DNA of 41,560 nucleotides from Myxococcota bacterium (lineage in GTDB: Bacteria > Myxococcota_A > Polyangia > Polyangiales > Sandaracinaceae), in assembly GCA_036149055.1 (NCBI GenBank), contig JAYZQJ010000195.1, forward strand, positions 1 to 41,560, read 5' to 3'. Both the position numbers and the translations under genes were made by a program. This document shows positions 1 through 9,700 of the stretch, piece after piece. Every line of letters starts with the position of its first letter. The stretch's first letter is position 1. The notes beneath the pieces are model-generated. The model saw nothing but the letters and a program-made list of their open reading frames with translations. It had not been told where the DNA came from and did not search any database.

Positions 1-120
1 CCCGCGACCGCTGCCGCCTCCGCCCCCGCTGCCGCTCACCGCTGCCGCTGCCGCGACCGCTGCCGCCTCCGCCCCCGCCCCCGCTGCCGCGACCCGCCGC
101 CGCCTCCGCGCCCCGCCTGC
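1..120. repeat. Low-complexity GC-rich hexamer-like repeats (ccgctg/ccgcct/ccgcga/ccgccc)
   Basis: Visible runs of ccgctg, ccgcct, ccgcga and ccgccc units at the window start; truncated by the window edge. Confidence 0.6.
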
Positions 121-406
121 ACCGAGAACGAAAGCACCAGCGCGAACGGGCTGCGGCAACCAGCGCGAAGAAGCCCCGCCACGAAGCAGCCCGGGCCTCG
201 TCCCCGAGCCGGACGAAGTCCGAGCACCGAGAGAAGACGATCGCCGCCGCCGGCTGACGACCACCGCCGCGTCGAGCTCCCGTCTCCCAGTCCCCCCAAG
301 AAGCCCGCGGCCCACGAGCTCCCCCCCCCAGGTGGGGGCTTTCCCCATTGCCCACGGAGACGCCGCGATGCAGCCTCCCGATCGGGTGCGGAACCTCAGG
401 AGTGGA

Positions 407-1087
407 ATGCGGCAGATCGAGCTCTCGACCTCTCACGAAGACATCTCCGCCGGACTCGACGCCCTCGCCTCCCACGTCAAGCGTGAGCGGGTGCGCGCGG
501 TGGCGACCGAGCAGGTCGACGCCGGCGAGTGGGTGCGTTTCCGATGGACACTCTCGGATGGCTCGCCGCTCTGGGAGGGCGTGGGACGGTGTGAGCGCTG
601 CGAGCCGCTGGGCGGGGCCGCGTTCGAGCTCGATCTGCGGGAGCTGACGCTCGACCCGCGCAACGAGGCGCTGCACGAGCGCATCCTGCTCGTCGGCGAG
701 GCGGGGCGGGCGACCGGGGCACACGAGGCGGTGGCGCCGGTCGAGCGCATCCCGAGCGAGGCGCCGCCCCCCGCGGAGCCGAAGAGGACCGGGTACGCGT
801 CGGCGCCGACGAGGGCGAGCGCGAAGCTCTCCGCGCCGCTCCGCGACGCGCTCCGACCCAAGCCGCGCTCGGGCGACGGATGGGCGGCGGTGCCGAAGGC
901 GAAGGCGCGCGAGGTGCAGGTCCCGGCCGAGCTCGTCGAGCGCGCGCAGCAGATGGTGCGGCGGCTGAAGCTGGGCGCGCCGGCGCTCGCGCGGGGCCGC
1001 TGGGACGAGCAGCGGGTGCTCGAGGTCGCGCTGCGCATGGGCCTCGAGTCGCTCGAGGGGCTGCTGAAGACCCGCGACGAGCTCTGA
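407..1087 (+). CDS. Hypothetical protein; N-terminal domain resembles myxobacterial PilZ-like (TIGR02266-type) beta domains, followed by a Pro/Ala linker and a short helical C-terminal domain
   Basis: ORF 332..1087; AGGAG at 398-402 precedes ATG at 407; segment GEWVRFRWTLSDGSPLWEGVGRC; GC3-biased codons. The domain call is weak. Confidence 0.6.
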   Translation: MRQIELSTSHEDISAGLDALASHVKRERVRAVATEQVDAGEWVRFRWTLSDGSPLWEGVGRCERCEPLGGAAFELDLRELTLDPRNEALHERILLVGEAGRATGAHEAVAPVERIPSEAPPPAEPKRTGYASAPTRASAKLSAPLRDALRPKPRSGDGWAAVPKAKAREVQVPAELVERAQQMVRRLKLGAPALARGRWDEQRVLEVALRMGLESLEGLLKTRDEL

Positions 1088-1100
1088 CACCACCGAGTGG

Positions 1101-1294
1101 TCTCGAAAACGGAGCGGCGGCTCGGAAACGACAACAGTTGGTCCTGGAGACCCGGCGCTCCGTTCCAAACACTAATACTTTGACATTCTGGCGAACTCTC
1201 CGTTCTAAAGACTAACTATTTGACATTCTGGCGAAGGTTTGCCTCGGAAACACTAATAGTTAGTGTTCCAAACCGGCTGGCGCGTTTTCTCGAG
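1101..1294. repeat. AT-rich intergenic island with ~40-bp tandem units and dyad symmetry
   Basis: 1158-1197 ctccgttccaaacactaatactttgacattctggcgaact vs 1198-1237 ctccgttctaaagactaactatttgacattctggcgaagg; palindrome aacactaa-tag-ttagtgtt at about 1249-1267; ctcggaaac at both 1121 and 1243. Confidence 0.8.
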
Positions 1295-1362
1295 GACTTC
1301 GCGACGCCCGGAGCGGGCTGACGCGGTTCTTACGTCGCCGGTCTGGCGTGCTAGCGTCAGCC

Positions 1363-2127
1363 ATGAAGTTCGAGCGGCTCGACCGGCGCATGCGGGTCTT
1401 CGAGACCGCGCACGACCACAGCGTCCTGCCCGGCGTGCACATGGTCGCGCGCATCGACGGCCGCTCCTTCTCTCAGCTCACCCGGGAGGGCGCCGGCTTC
1501 GACGCGCCCTACGACGAGCGCTTCCGCGACGCGATGGTGGCCACGCTCGAGCACCTGATGACCGGGTGCGGCTTCGGCCTGCTCTACGGCTATACCCAGA
1601 GCGACGAGCTGTCGCTGCTGTTCCGCCGCGAGGAGGACACCTTCGGCCGCAAGCTGCGGAAGCTGATCAGCGTGCTCGCGGGCGAGGCGAGCGCGAAGTT
1701 CGCCCTCACGCTGGGCCGCCACGCCGCCTTCGACGCGCGCATCTCGCAGCTCCCGCGCGACGAGGACGTGGTCGACTACTTCCGCTGGCGGCAGGAGGAC
1801 GCGTACCGCAACGCGCTCAACGGCCACTGCTACTGGCTGCTCCGAGGCCAGGGCCAGACGGACCGCGAGGCGACCCAGGCGCTCCGCGGCATCTCGGTGC
1901 CGGAGCGGCAGGAGCTGCTCTTTCAGCACGGCGTCAACTTCAACGATCTCCCGAGCTGGCAGAAGCGCGGGATCGGCGTCCGCTTCGAGGACGTCGTGGT
2001 GACCGGCGAGAACCCGAAGACCGGCGAGACCGTCGAGCGCACGCGGCGCCGCGCCGTGGTCGACTTCGAGCTCCCGATGAAGACCGCCTACGGCGACTTC
2101 ATCCGCGAGATCGTCACTCGCCAGTGA
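1363..2127 (+). CDS. tRNA(His) guanylyltransferase Thg1-like protein (3'-5' polymerase, TLP)
   Basis: Motifs RIDGRSF, YTQSDELSLLF, FDARI, YFRWRQEDAYRNALN and GVNFNDLPSWQKRG match the Thg1/Thg1C signature. Confidence 0.95.
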   Translation: MKFERLDRRMRVFETAHDHSVLPGVHMVARIDGRSFSQLTREGAGFDAPYDERFRDAMVATLEHLMTGCGFGLLYGYTQSDELSLLFRREEDTFGRKLRKLISVLAGEASAKFALTLGRHAAFDARISQLPRDEDVVDYFRWRQEDAYRNALNGHCYWLLRGQGQTDREATQALRGISVPERQELLFQHGVNFNDLPSWQKRGIGVRFEDVVVTGENPKTGETVERTRRRAVVDFELPMKTAYGDFIREIVTRQ

Positions 2128-2518
2128 GCGCGTCGAGGAGCGCGGCCGGCCGATGCACCTCGACCGGGAGCGCCTCCGCCGGGAAGTGCTTCACGTTGCC
2201 GGTCACGATCGCGGCGCCCGCGGCGTGCGCGACCTCGACGAACATGCGGTCGTCGTCGTCGATCATCTCGCCGCTCCACGCCGGCACCGCCTCGAGGCGC
2301 GTCCCCCGCCGGAGCGCGGCGAGGAGCCGCTCGCCCCGCTCGCGGGGCACGTGGGCGAACTTCTTCCGCGCGATCACCCGCGCCCACTCGTCCTCGATGC
2401 GCGCGTCGAAGACCACCTCCACGTCGCTCCCCTCGAGCCGCGCGAGCAGGCGGTCGGGCACGCTGCCCGGCTTGAGCAGCGCCGAGACGAGCACGTTCGT
2501 GTCCACGACCAGCCTCAC
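2114..2518 (-). CDS. PIN-domain protein (putative toxin-antitoxin toxin, PIN_3-like)
   Basis: VRLVVDTNVLVSALL...DDDDRMFVEVA...IVTGNVKHFP; GTG start at 2518 overlaps the upstream stop (GTGA). Confidence 0.9.
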   Translation of the reverse strand: MRLVVDTNVLVSALLKPGSVPDRLLARLEGSDVEVVFDARIEDEWARVIARKKFAHVPRERGERLLAALRRGTRLEAVPAWSGEMIDDDDRMFVEVAHAAGAAIVTGNVKHFPAEALPVEVHRPAALLDALTGE

Positions 2519-2940
2519 GCGAAGCCCTCGTCCAGCGCCTCGAGCCACCGGCGCACGCATGTCTCCTCCACCACCGCGCGGGCCGTGGCCCTGAGCGTGT
2601 CCGAGCGCAGCGCGAAGGTGGCCGCGTGCTTCCCGGTGCCGAGCACCAGGCCTTCGGCGTCCGGCGAGATCCGGACCGAGGCGCGCTCTCCCAGCGACAC
2701 GCGGGTCTCCACCGGCTCCCTCAGCCACGCCCGGAGCGCCGCCTTCGCGTCCTCGAGGCCCTCCCGGGTGAGCGCAGCCCGCGACACCCGCGCGCGCGCC
2801 CTCCCCTCACGCAGCTCTGCGTCCGCGAGGTACTCGTCGGCGACGAGCTCCAGGTCGACGAGCCAGCCGTCCTCGTGCGCCGTCACCTGCGAGAGCAGGA
2901 GCCGGGTCCGGCCGCTGTTCGTGGGGAGCTCCACCGTCAC
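2515..2940 (-). CDS. Hypothetical protein (~141 aa), translationally coupled to the PIN gene
   Basis: C-terminal part of ORF 2515..3039 reads as a globular protein from GTG at 2940 (VTVELPTNSG...); its stop overlaps the PIN start. Confidence 0.65.
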   Translation of the reverse strand: MTVELPTNSGRTRLLLSQVTAHEDGWLVDLELVADEYLADAELREGRARARVSRAALTREGLEDAKAALRAWLREPVETRVSLGERASVRISPDAEGLVLGTGKHAATFALRSDTLRATARAVVEETCVRRWLEALDEGFA

Positions 2941-3066
2941 CTGGCGCCCGCCGCGCGCTGCCGCTGCTTCATGAGGTGCATCTCCCGCGCACGGAAGCAC
3001 GCCGAGGGTGCCCCGACAACACGTCGGCGGTCTCCGCACCTCTCGCTCGATCCGACTCGAGGCCCC

Positions 3067-3882
3067 TCAGGACTCGGCCTCCTCCTCCCCGTCGAGTCGC
3101 CAGATGTTGTGGCGCACGGACTCGGTGACGGACGGAGGGCACCTCGGGTCTGCCAGACACGCCCGGAGATGCTTCAGGGCGACGTCGAAGGATCCCTCCG
3201 GAACCAGCTCGGAGATGGCGTCCGACGCGCGAATCGCGGTCACGGTGTCGGTCGGGTCGAGCAGGTACGGCAGCAGCTCGGTCCAGTCTTGCTCCGCCGC
3301 GCGCACCAGCGCCTCCAGCGCCAAGACGCGCACGGGGCGGCTCTCGTCCGAGGTCGCCTCGCGGAACGCGGAGACGGGCCCACCCAGCGCCTCGTACGCG
3401 GGGAGCGCGTACATGCGAACGAGTTCGTCCGGGTGACGCCGCATCAATCGGCTCATGAGCGCAGCGCCCGATGGCTCTCGAGTCGCCTGGAAGAACCGGC
3501 AGACCTCGACCACGGCGAGCTCATCCTCCACCTCTCCCAGCTCGATCAGGCACGGGGCGAGAGACCGGAGCTCGGGACGACGAGAGAGCACGTCGGACAG
3601 CGCCCGCAGCATGACGAGCCGTGGCTCCTCACCGAGGCCGCGGAGGCACGCGGCGAGCGAGGCCGGGTCCGAGAGGCGCACCGCGACGTCGCACAGCCAG
3701 CGAACGACGTTCTCCGGTTCTCCGTCCTCGTGAGTCGGCTCCACGAGCGCGAGCGCGGCGTCCCCCAGCTGTTCGGTCGGCGCTCCGCCGTGCGGCGCCA
3801 GCCGGTGATGCACGCCGGGCGACCGCTCCGCGATCTGCGCCATGGCCTCGCGCACCGCCTCGTCCCTGGCTTCATCGCTCAT
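3067..3882 (-). CDS. HEAT/armadillo-like helical repeat protein, copy 2
   Basis: 271 aa; HEAT-like units (HPDELVRMYAL, SDESRPVRVLALEAL, LLPYLLDP); paralog of 4177..4992. Confidence 0.8.
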   Translation of the reverse strand: MSDEARDEAVREAMAQIAERSPGVHHRLAPHGGAPTEQLGDAALALVEPTHEDGEPENVVRWLCDVAVRLSDPASLAACLRGLGEEPRLVMLRALSDVLSRRPELRSLAPCLIELGEVEDELAVVEVCRFFQATREPSGAALMSRLMRRHPDELVRMYALPAYEALGGPVSAFREATSDESRPVRVLALEALVRAAEQDWTELLPYLLDPTDTVTAIRASDAISELVPEGSFDVALKHLRACLADPRCPPSVTESVRHNIWRLDGEEEAES

Positions 3883-4180
3883 CGTTCACCCGTACAGGAG
3901 GCGCGTCGGCGTACTCGATCTCGAGGAGCAGCTCGCCGTCGTCGTCGTGGAGCCGCAGGACCCAGCCACCGTCGGTCCGGGTCGTGCGCGACGCCATCGT
4001 CTCGTAGACGAGCAGGTCCTCGCTGGCCTCGCAGCGGGTCACCCCGGTGAAACGAACGGTGACGGGCAGGCCCAGGTAGTCGAGCAACTCGAGCCGGACC
4101 TCGTCCCCGTCCCGCTCGAGTCCGGTCACTTGCCCGTCCGTCCAGATGAGATGGCCAAGCGGGTCGCGCCTGCCCCTCAT
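3872..4180 (-). CDS. Small beta-rich hypothetical protein (~102 aa), immunity-protein-like
   Basis: MRGRRDPLGHLIWTDGQVTGLERDGDEVRLELLDYLG...; ATG at 4180 overlaps the upstream TGA (ATGA) and its 3' end overlaps the start of 3067..3882. Confidence 0.7.
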   Translation of the reverse strand: MRGRRDPLGHLIWTDGQVTGLERDGDEVRLELLDYLGLPVTVRFTGVTRCEASEDLLVYETMASRTTRTDGGWVLRLHDDDGELLLEIEYADAPPVRVNDER

Positions 4181-4992
4181 GACTCGGCTCCCGGCAGCGC
4201 CTCGAGCAGGCGCACGGCGCGCTGGACGGCGTCGAGGACGGACCTCGGGGTCCTCGGGTCCGCCAGCGTGGCTCGGAGATGCGTCAGCGCGAGCTCGGCG
4301 GACGCCTCGGGCACGAGGTCGGCGATGGCGGCCGCGGCGTGAATCGCGGGGATGTGATCGGTCGGGTCGAGGAGATACGGCAGCAGCGCGGGCCACTCCT
4401 CCAGCCCCGCGCGCACGAGCGCCTCCATCGCCGCCTCGCGGACCCAGCTGCTCTCGTCGGCGCTCGCCTCGCGGAAGGCCGAGACGGGCACGCCCAGCGA
4501 CTCGAGGGCGCAGAGGGCGTACATGCGCACGAGCTCGGACGGATGGTCCTTCATCAGCCGGCTCATGAGCGCCGTCCCGGATGGCTCTCGAGTCGACTCG
4601 AAGAACTCGCAGACCTCGACCACGGCGAGCTCATCCTCCACGTCCCCCAGCTCGATCATGCACGGGGCGAGAGACCGGAGCTCGGGACGACGGGAGAGCA
4701 CGTCGGACAGCGCTCCCAGCATGACGAGCCGTGGCTCCTCACCGAGGCCGCGGAGGCAAGCGGCGAGCGAGGCCGGGTCCGAGAGGCGCACCGCGACGTC
4801 GCACAGCCAGCGAACGACGTTCTCCGGCTCTCCGACCTGGTGAGTCGGCGCCACGAGCGCGAGCGCGGCGTCCCCCAGCTGCTCGGTCGGCGCTCCGCCG
4901 TGCGGCGCCAGCCGGCGATGCACGTCGGGCGCCCGCTCCGCGATCCGCGCCAAGGCCTCGCGCACCGCCTCGTCCCTTGCTTCATCCTGCAT
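4177..4992 (-). CDS. HEAT/armadillo-like helical repeat protein, copy 1
   Basis: 271 aa, colinear without indels with 3067..3882 (offset 1110 bp). Confidence 0.8.
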   Translation of the reverse strand: MQDEARDEAVREALARIAERAPDVHRRLAPHGGAPTEQLGDAALALVAPTHQVGEPENVVRWLCDVAVRLSDPASLAACLRGLGEEPRLVMLGALSDVLSRRPELRSLAPCMIELGDVEDELAVVEVCEFFESTREPSGTALMSRLMKDHPSELVRMYALCALESLGVPVSAFREASADESSWVREAAMEALVRAGLEEWPALLPYLLDPTDHIPAIHAAAAIADLVPEASAELALTHLRATLADPRTPRSVLDAVQRAVRLLEALPGAES

Positions 4993-5038
4993 GGCTCACC
5001 ACCCCCAGCATACCCCACGTGCCTTGCACGTCTGGAAG

Positions 5039-6703
5039 TCACACCGCGAGGAGGAGGAGGACGGTCGGGAGGACGAGCAGGATGAGGGCGGGGACGGCGA
5101 AGAGGGAGGCGCGGCGAGAGGCGCGAGCGACGAGGTGGGCGGCGGCGCGGTCGAGGGGGCCGAGGACCAGGCGGGCGTCGGCGGGGAGCGGGGCCGGGCC
5201 CTGGCGCAGGTTCTGGGCGGACAGATCGCGGAAGTGGCTGAGCAGGGTGACGACGCCGGGGGGCGGGGCGCCCTCGGGGGGCTCGCCGACGAGGGGGACG
5301 CGGGGCGGCAGGCGGAAACGGTACGCGTCGGTCTCGAACCAGGCGTCGCCGACGACGAGCTCGCCGGACTCCACCCGCGCGGCCTGACCGTCGGCCAGAC
5401 GGAGCTCGCCCTCGAGGCCGCTCAGGACGCCGCGGCCGCCCTGCTCGAGGCGAGGGGCGTCGAGCGCGCGGGCCTCGCCGATCTCGCGGCCGAGCACGAA
5501 GGCGAAGCCGAGCACGCAGAGCACGCCGAGGCCGAGCGCGCCCGCGCCGAACGCGCCGAGGCGGCCGAAGGTGCGGGTCAGGACGCCGTCGTCGAGGCGG
5601 ACTCCGTCGGCGTCGACGAGCGTCATGCGGTAGCGCTCGGGGCCGCCCAGGCTCTCCTGGCCCGAGGCGACGATGGCCAGGCTGCCCGGCGGGCCGCCCA
5701 CGAGCGTTCCGTCGCCAGCGACGATGGCCATCGGCGCCAGGTCGAGGTCGAATTCGATCGCGCCGGTCCCGCCGCCGTCCCACGCCTCGACGTACACGCG
5801 CCCCTCGTCGCGCCGCACCCCGAACGAGGCGCCGGGGACCCCGCGCGGGCTGCCCTGCGGCACGGTGAAGGCGTCGGCGCTCGCCGCGATCACCCGCACG
5901 CTCCGCTCGTCGGTCTCCCCGAGCGGGGTCGGGGTGAAGGCGGCGACGGTGAGGGCGACGAGGAGGCCGACGCCCACCGGCAGGAGCAGCGCGGCGATGG
6001 CCTCGAGGCGGCGGCTCGGGGCCACGTCGTGGTCGGTGGCGTCGCGGGAGACGACCTCGGCGTAGCGCGCCGCGATGCGCGCGGTGACGAGCGGCGCGGT
6101 CATCACCGCGAACGGGCCGGCGAGGAACGCCGCGGCCGAGAGGTCGACCTCGCGGCCGGCGCCCAGCGCCCAGAGCAGGATCAGCGCGGGGAAGCCGATC
6201 GTCGCCGCCGCCGTGGCCCCGAGGAGGGCGGTGCGGCGCGGGCCGAGCTGGCTGGCGATCGCGAACGAGCGCCAGGGAGCGGCGAGCGGCGGGGCGCCGT
6301 GCGCGACGCAGTAGGGGGTGAAGAGCAGCGGCCCGAAGGTGGCGCCGGCGCCGAGGCAGGCGAGCGCGGCCGCGACGTAGGGCGGGACCCAGCCGTCGAG
6401 CCCCACCCGGGCCGCGAGGTGACTGGCCACGCTCGCCGCCGCCCCGACCACGAAGATCAGGACCGCGAGGCCGAGCACCGACCAGGCGCCGACGCCCTTG
6501 CGCGCCAGCTCGGGCGGGGGCTCGCGGCGCGTGAGGCGGAGCGCGGCGCCGAGGTGGGCGCGCACCAGGACGTCGAAGCCCCACGCGAGCACGAGCACGC
6601 CGAGGAGACAGAAGCTGCTGAGCACGCCGAAGGGGAGCGCGACCAGCGACACCGCCGCCGCGCGGCCCAGGTCGTCCTTCAGGACCTCGCTCGTCTTGAT
6701 CAC
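5039..6703 (-). CDS. Multi-pass membrane protein of unknown function (~554 aa)
   Basis: C-terminal third of ORF 5039..9826; GTG at 6703 (VIKTSEVLKDD...) overlaps the RND stop; many hydrophobic segments with interspersed soluble domains. Confidence 0.75.
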   Translation of the reverse strand: MIKTSEVLKDDLGRAAAVSLVALPFGVLSSFCLLGVLVLAWGFDVLVRAHLGAALRLTRREPPPELARKGVGAWSVLGLAVLIFVVGAAASVASHLAARVGLDGWVPPYVAAALACLGAGATFGPLLFTPYCVAHGAPPLAAPWRSFAIASQLGPRRTALLGATAAATIGFPALILLWALGAGREVDLSAAAFLAGPFAVMTAPLVTARIAARYAEVVSRDATDHDVAPSRRLEAIAALLLPVGVGLLVALTVAAFTPTPLGETDERSVRVIAASADAFTVPQGSPRGVPGASFGVRRDEGRVYVEAWDGGGTGAIEFDLDLAPMAIVAGDGTLVGGPPGSLAIVASGQESLGGPERYRMTLVDADGVRLDDGVLTRTFGRLGAFGAGALGLGVLCVLGFAFVLGREIGEARALDAPRLEQGGRGVLSGLEGELRLADGQAARVESGELVVGDAWFETDAYRFRLPPRVPLVGEPPEGAPPPGVVTLLSHFRDLSAQNLRQGPAPLPADARLVLGPLDRAAAHLVARASRRASLFAVPALILLVLPTVLLLLAV

Positions 6704-9700
6704 GCCGCCTCGCGCAGGGGCGCCGGGGTCTTCGCGCGCTTCCGCTTCGCGCGGAGGCGCTCCCGGGCGCCGGCGATCATCACGTAGAGCACGGGGATCA
6801 CGAAGAGGGTGAGCACCGTGCTCGCGATCATGCCGCCGACCACCGCGCGGGCCATCGGGGCCCAGGTCTCGGCGCCGTCGCCCACCCCGACCGAGAGGGG
6901 GAGCATGCCGAGGATGGTGGTGAGCGCGGTCATCAGGATGGGGCGCATCCGCGTGCGGGCCGCCTCGAGCGCGGCGTCTTGCAGCGAGAGGCCGTCGTCG
7001 CGCCGCCGCTTGATGACGTCGATCAGCACGATGCCGTTGTTGACCACGACGCCGCCCAGGAGGATCACGCCGACCAGGGCGGTGACCTGGAGCGAGGTGC
7101 CGGTGAGCGCGAGGGCGAGCACCACGCCGATGATCGCGAGCGGCACGGTGAACATGATGACGAACGGCTCGAGCAGGCTCTCGAACTGCGAGGCCATCAC
7201 CATGTAGACGAGGGCGAGCGCGCTGAGCAGCGCCATCGCGAGCTTGAAGAAGGCGTCGCGCAGGTCCTCGGCGGTGCCGCCGATCTCCACGTACATGCCC
7301 TCGGGCACGCCCTCGGCGTCGATGCGATCTTCGACCCGCGTGATCAGGCTCCCGAGGTCGGTGCCGTCGGCGCGGCTGACCTCGACCTTGGCGAGGCGGC
7401 GCTGGTTCTCGCGCTCGATGTCGACCGGCCCGAGCTGGTCGCCGACCTCCACCAGGCTGCCCAGAGGCACGGTGCCGCCGGCGGGCAGCGGGATCGGCAG
7501 GTAGCGCAGCTCGTCCAGGTCGCGGCGGCTCTCCGGCGGCATGCGCACCCGGACCGCGTACTCGTCGCCGCCCTCGCGGAACACCGTGGCCGGCACGCCC
7601 TGGTAGTAGGCGGCCACCGTGGACGCGACGACGCCGGGCGAGACGCCGAGCACCCGCATGCGCTCCCGGTCGTAGCGCAGCGCCAGCTCCGGCGCGCCGT
7701 TCAGCATCGAGAAGCGGGCCTCGCGCACCCCCTCGACCTGCTCGAGCTCGCCCCGCAGCCGCTCGCCGAACTCGCGGAGCTGATCGAGGTCCTCGCTGAA
7801 GAGCTTGACCACGATGTCGCCGCCGCCGCCGCCGAGCGAGAAGCCGGCGATCTTCACCTCGATGCCGGGGATGTCGCGGAAGCGCTCGGTCAGCTCGGAC
7901 TCGATCTGCTGCTGGGTGCGCTCGCGCTCGGTGGGGATCGGCAGCCGGGCCCGGAGCGTGCCCTTGTTCGCCGTGCCGCCGAAGATCGCGCCGAAGCCCT
8001 CGGCGGTGCCGTAGTCGGCGGTCACGACCTCGGCCTCGGGCACCGCGTCGCGAATGGTCGACTCGACCACGCCGACCAGGTGCCGCATCTCCTCGAGCGC
8101 GGTGCCGGGCGCGGCGGTGACCTCCACCCGGATCTCGCTCACGTCCGCCGCCGGCAAGAAGTCTTGCCCGAGAAAGGGCACCAGCGAGAGGCTGGCCGCG
8201 AAGGCGAAGAGCGCGAAGCCGAGCACCCGCTTGCGCCGCTCGAGGGCCCAGAGCAGAGCGCGCTCGTAGCGCGGGGCGAGCCGGTCGAGCCCGACGGTGA
8301 TCCGCTTCAGGAAGCGCTCGAAGCGGTTCGGCTCGCGCTCCTCGATCATGCGCGAGGCCATCAGCGGCACGAGGCTCAGCGCGACCACCAGCGAGGCGAG
8401 CAGCGTGATGCAGATGGTCAGCACCATGTCGCGGAAGAGCTCGCCCGCGATGCCCTCCACCAGGAGGATCGGCATGAAGACCACCACCGTGGTCAGGGTG
8501 GAGGCGACGAGCGGCATGCCCATCTCCTTCGCCCCGGCGAGCGCCGCGTCGGCCGGCCGGGCGCCCCGCTCGATGTGCTGGAACGCCGCCTCGAGCACCA
8601 CGATGCCGTTGTCGACGAGCATGCCGATCGCGAGCGCGAGGCCCGCCATCGAGATCAGGTTCAGGGTGACCCCGAGCGCGTCCATCGCGACGAAGGCGAC
8701 GACGATCGAGGTGGGGATGGCGATGACGGTGATCAGCGAGGTCCGCCAGCTGCGCAGGAAGAGCAGGAGCACGAGGCCGGTCAGCAGGAACGCCTGCAGC
8801 ATCGTCTGCGAGAGGTTTCCGATCGAGCGCAGGATGGGGCGCGACTCGTCGAAGAGCGGGACGAGCTGCACGCCCTCCGGGAGGCGCTCCTCGATCTCGG
8901 GCAGCGCCTCGGCGACGTTGCGCGCGGTCTCGACGGTGTTCGCGTCCGACTGCTTGCGCACCGCGACCATCACCGCGGGCGCGCCGTCGGCGGTGACGAC
9001 GTGGGTCTCCTCCTCGAAGGTGTCGACCACCTCGGCGACCTCGCGCAGCCGGATCGGGCGCCCGCCGCGCTGGCCGACGATCACGTCGCGGATCTCGTCG
9101 ACGCTGGTGAAGAGGCTGGTCGGCTGGAGGTTCAGGCGCTGGGTCCCGTCGTCGACCGCGCCCGAGGGCATGACCACGTTCGCGCCGCGCAGGGCGTCGG
9201 CCACGTTGCCGGGAGAGACCCCGTTGGCCTGCAGCCACGCCGGGTCGAGCCGCACCTGGACCTCGCGGTCGAGGCCGCCCATGACCTCGGCCGCGGCCAC
9301 CCCGTCGACGCGCCCGAGGTAGGGCTGCACCTGCTCGGTGGCGATGCGCCGCAGCTGGTGGCCGTCCAGCGGGCCGTCGAGCGCCATGAACATGACCGGG
9401 GCCAGGCTCGGGTCGAAGGCGAAGGTCAGCGGGCGGCTCGCCTCGTCGGGCAGGAAGTCCTGGGCGAACAGCTCGAGGTTCTTGCGCACCTCGACCTCGG
9501 CCGCGTCCATGTTCGTGCCCCAGGTGAACTGGATGATCACGATGCTGGTGCCCTGCCGCGAGGTGCTCTGCACCGTCTCGACGCCCTCGACGCTGGCCAC
9601 CGCGCGCTCGATCGGCTCGGTGAGGAGCGTCTCGACGTCCTGCGGGCCGGCGCCGACGTAGGTCGTGACCACCGCGATGACCGGGAGGTCGACCTCGGGC

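Noticed and set aside
36..299. 87-aa minus-strand ORF
   Set aside because: Translation of low-complexity repeat DNA with no coding signature.
1228..1244. Possible sigma-54 promoter TGGCGAAGGTTTGC
   Set aside because: GG-to-GC spacing is 9 nt rather than the required 10.
1158..1270. Possible mini-CRISPR array
   Set aside because: Units are contiguous tandem copies without unique spacers and no cas genes are in the window.
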